DNA of 36,255 nucleotides from Octopus bimaculoides (lineage: Eukaryota), in the NCBI RefSeq assembly GCF_001194135.2, contig NC_068999.1, positions 10,819,581 through 10,855,835 of the forward strand, written 5' to 3'. The notes beneath the pieces were generated by a model. It had not been told where the DNA came from, made no database searches, and was given only the letters and a program-made list of their open reading frames with translations. The position numbers and the translations under genes are program-made. Each line of letters begins with the position of its first letter. The stretch's first letter is position 1. Positions 35,568-36,255 of this stretch are shown here, piece by piece.

Positions 35568-35570
<3 letters not shown>
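35362..35570 (+). mobile_element. SINE family B with (ATT)n tail
   Basis: aatcgttagtatgccgagcaaaa...ggtattttgtccgtctttacgttcggagttc...ctgccgaggtcgacttt...ccggggtcgataaaataaagtaccagttgaacac...gccttgtacaaaactatgaaacc(att)n. Confidence 0.85.
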
Positions 35571-35607
<37 letters not shown>

Positions 35608-36207
35608 AGTCTACCTAGATATATATCTACATGCACACGCGGAAGCACATGTTTAAACTCAAGCATACACACGTATACGTGAACACGTGCACACATGTAT
35701 ACATATATGCAGTTATCCGAAGCTATAAATGTATGCCTCAATTTATGATTGTGTTACTGTGTGGTTATCTGTGTGTGAGTGTGTCTCAGTATACACGGAT
35801 AGAGAACATTTCTTGGCTTTTTTTTTTTCTTTTTTGTAAATTTTGCTCCCAGTGAGAACACAATATAATGCCAAAATTGTCTGCTAATGGGCGATATCTG
35901 AACCTTAAATAACACTTTATCTGTTGATATTAATCAAATTTCAAAATGCCACCAAATTCATTGTGTTCTACTTAATCTTATATTTTAATTTAATAATAAA
36001 ACAGACTAGGTTATTTTTTTTAAAGTTTTATAAATTTTATCCAATTATATTTCACCAAAAATTTATAGTGAAAAGAGATATACACGACTAAACATATACA
36101 CAAATAACTACACCTACGCACACATGCATTGACATATAACATGTGCATATCTATAAGTGTGAGTTAGTGTATACATGTATATATATATACACACACACAC
36201 ACACACC

Positions 36208-36255
<48 letters not shown>

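Overview
AT-rich animal genomic DNA, dense in microsatellites, with 12 assembly gaps (N runs). The SINE families and repeat landscape point to an octopod cephalopod, probably Octopus; this is inferred from recalled repeat families, not a database hit. I recognise no intact host protein-coding gene, true tRNA/rRNA gene or CRISPR array. Nearly all ORFs in the supplied track are artefacts of microsatellites or N runs. Supported content is a set of decayed transposable elements: a near full-length Tc1-like DD37E (TRT-type) transposase pseudogene, a mariner relic with both TIRs and a nested SINE, a HERO-type restriction-like-endonuclease LINE 3' fragment, an RTE 3' end, Penelope-like RT and GIY-YIG fragments, and about 20 tRNA-derived SINE copies in 3-4 families. 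Unexplained structure: a duplicated ~420 bp non-coding module whose two copies both keep a perfect CArG box, a promoter-like motif cluster with a possible minus-strand 5' gene end near 1.9 kb, one SINE head carrying three different tails, several inverted repeat pairs, and two short direct repeats. I see no convincing novel multi-gene system; the findings are hypotheses.
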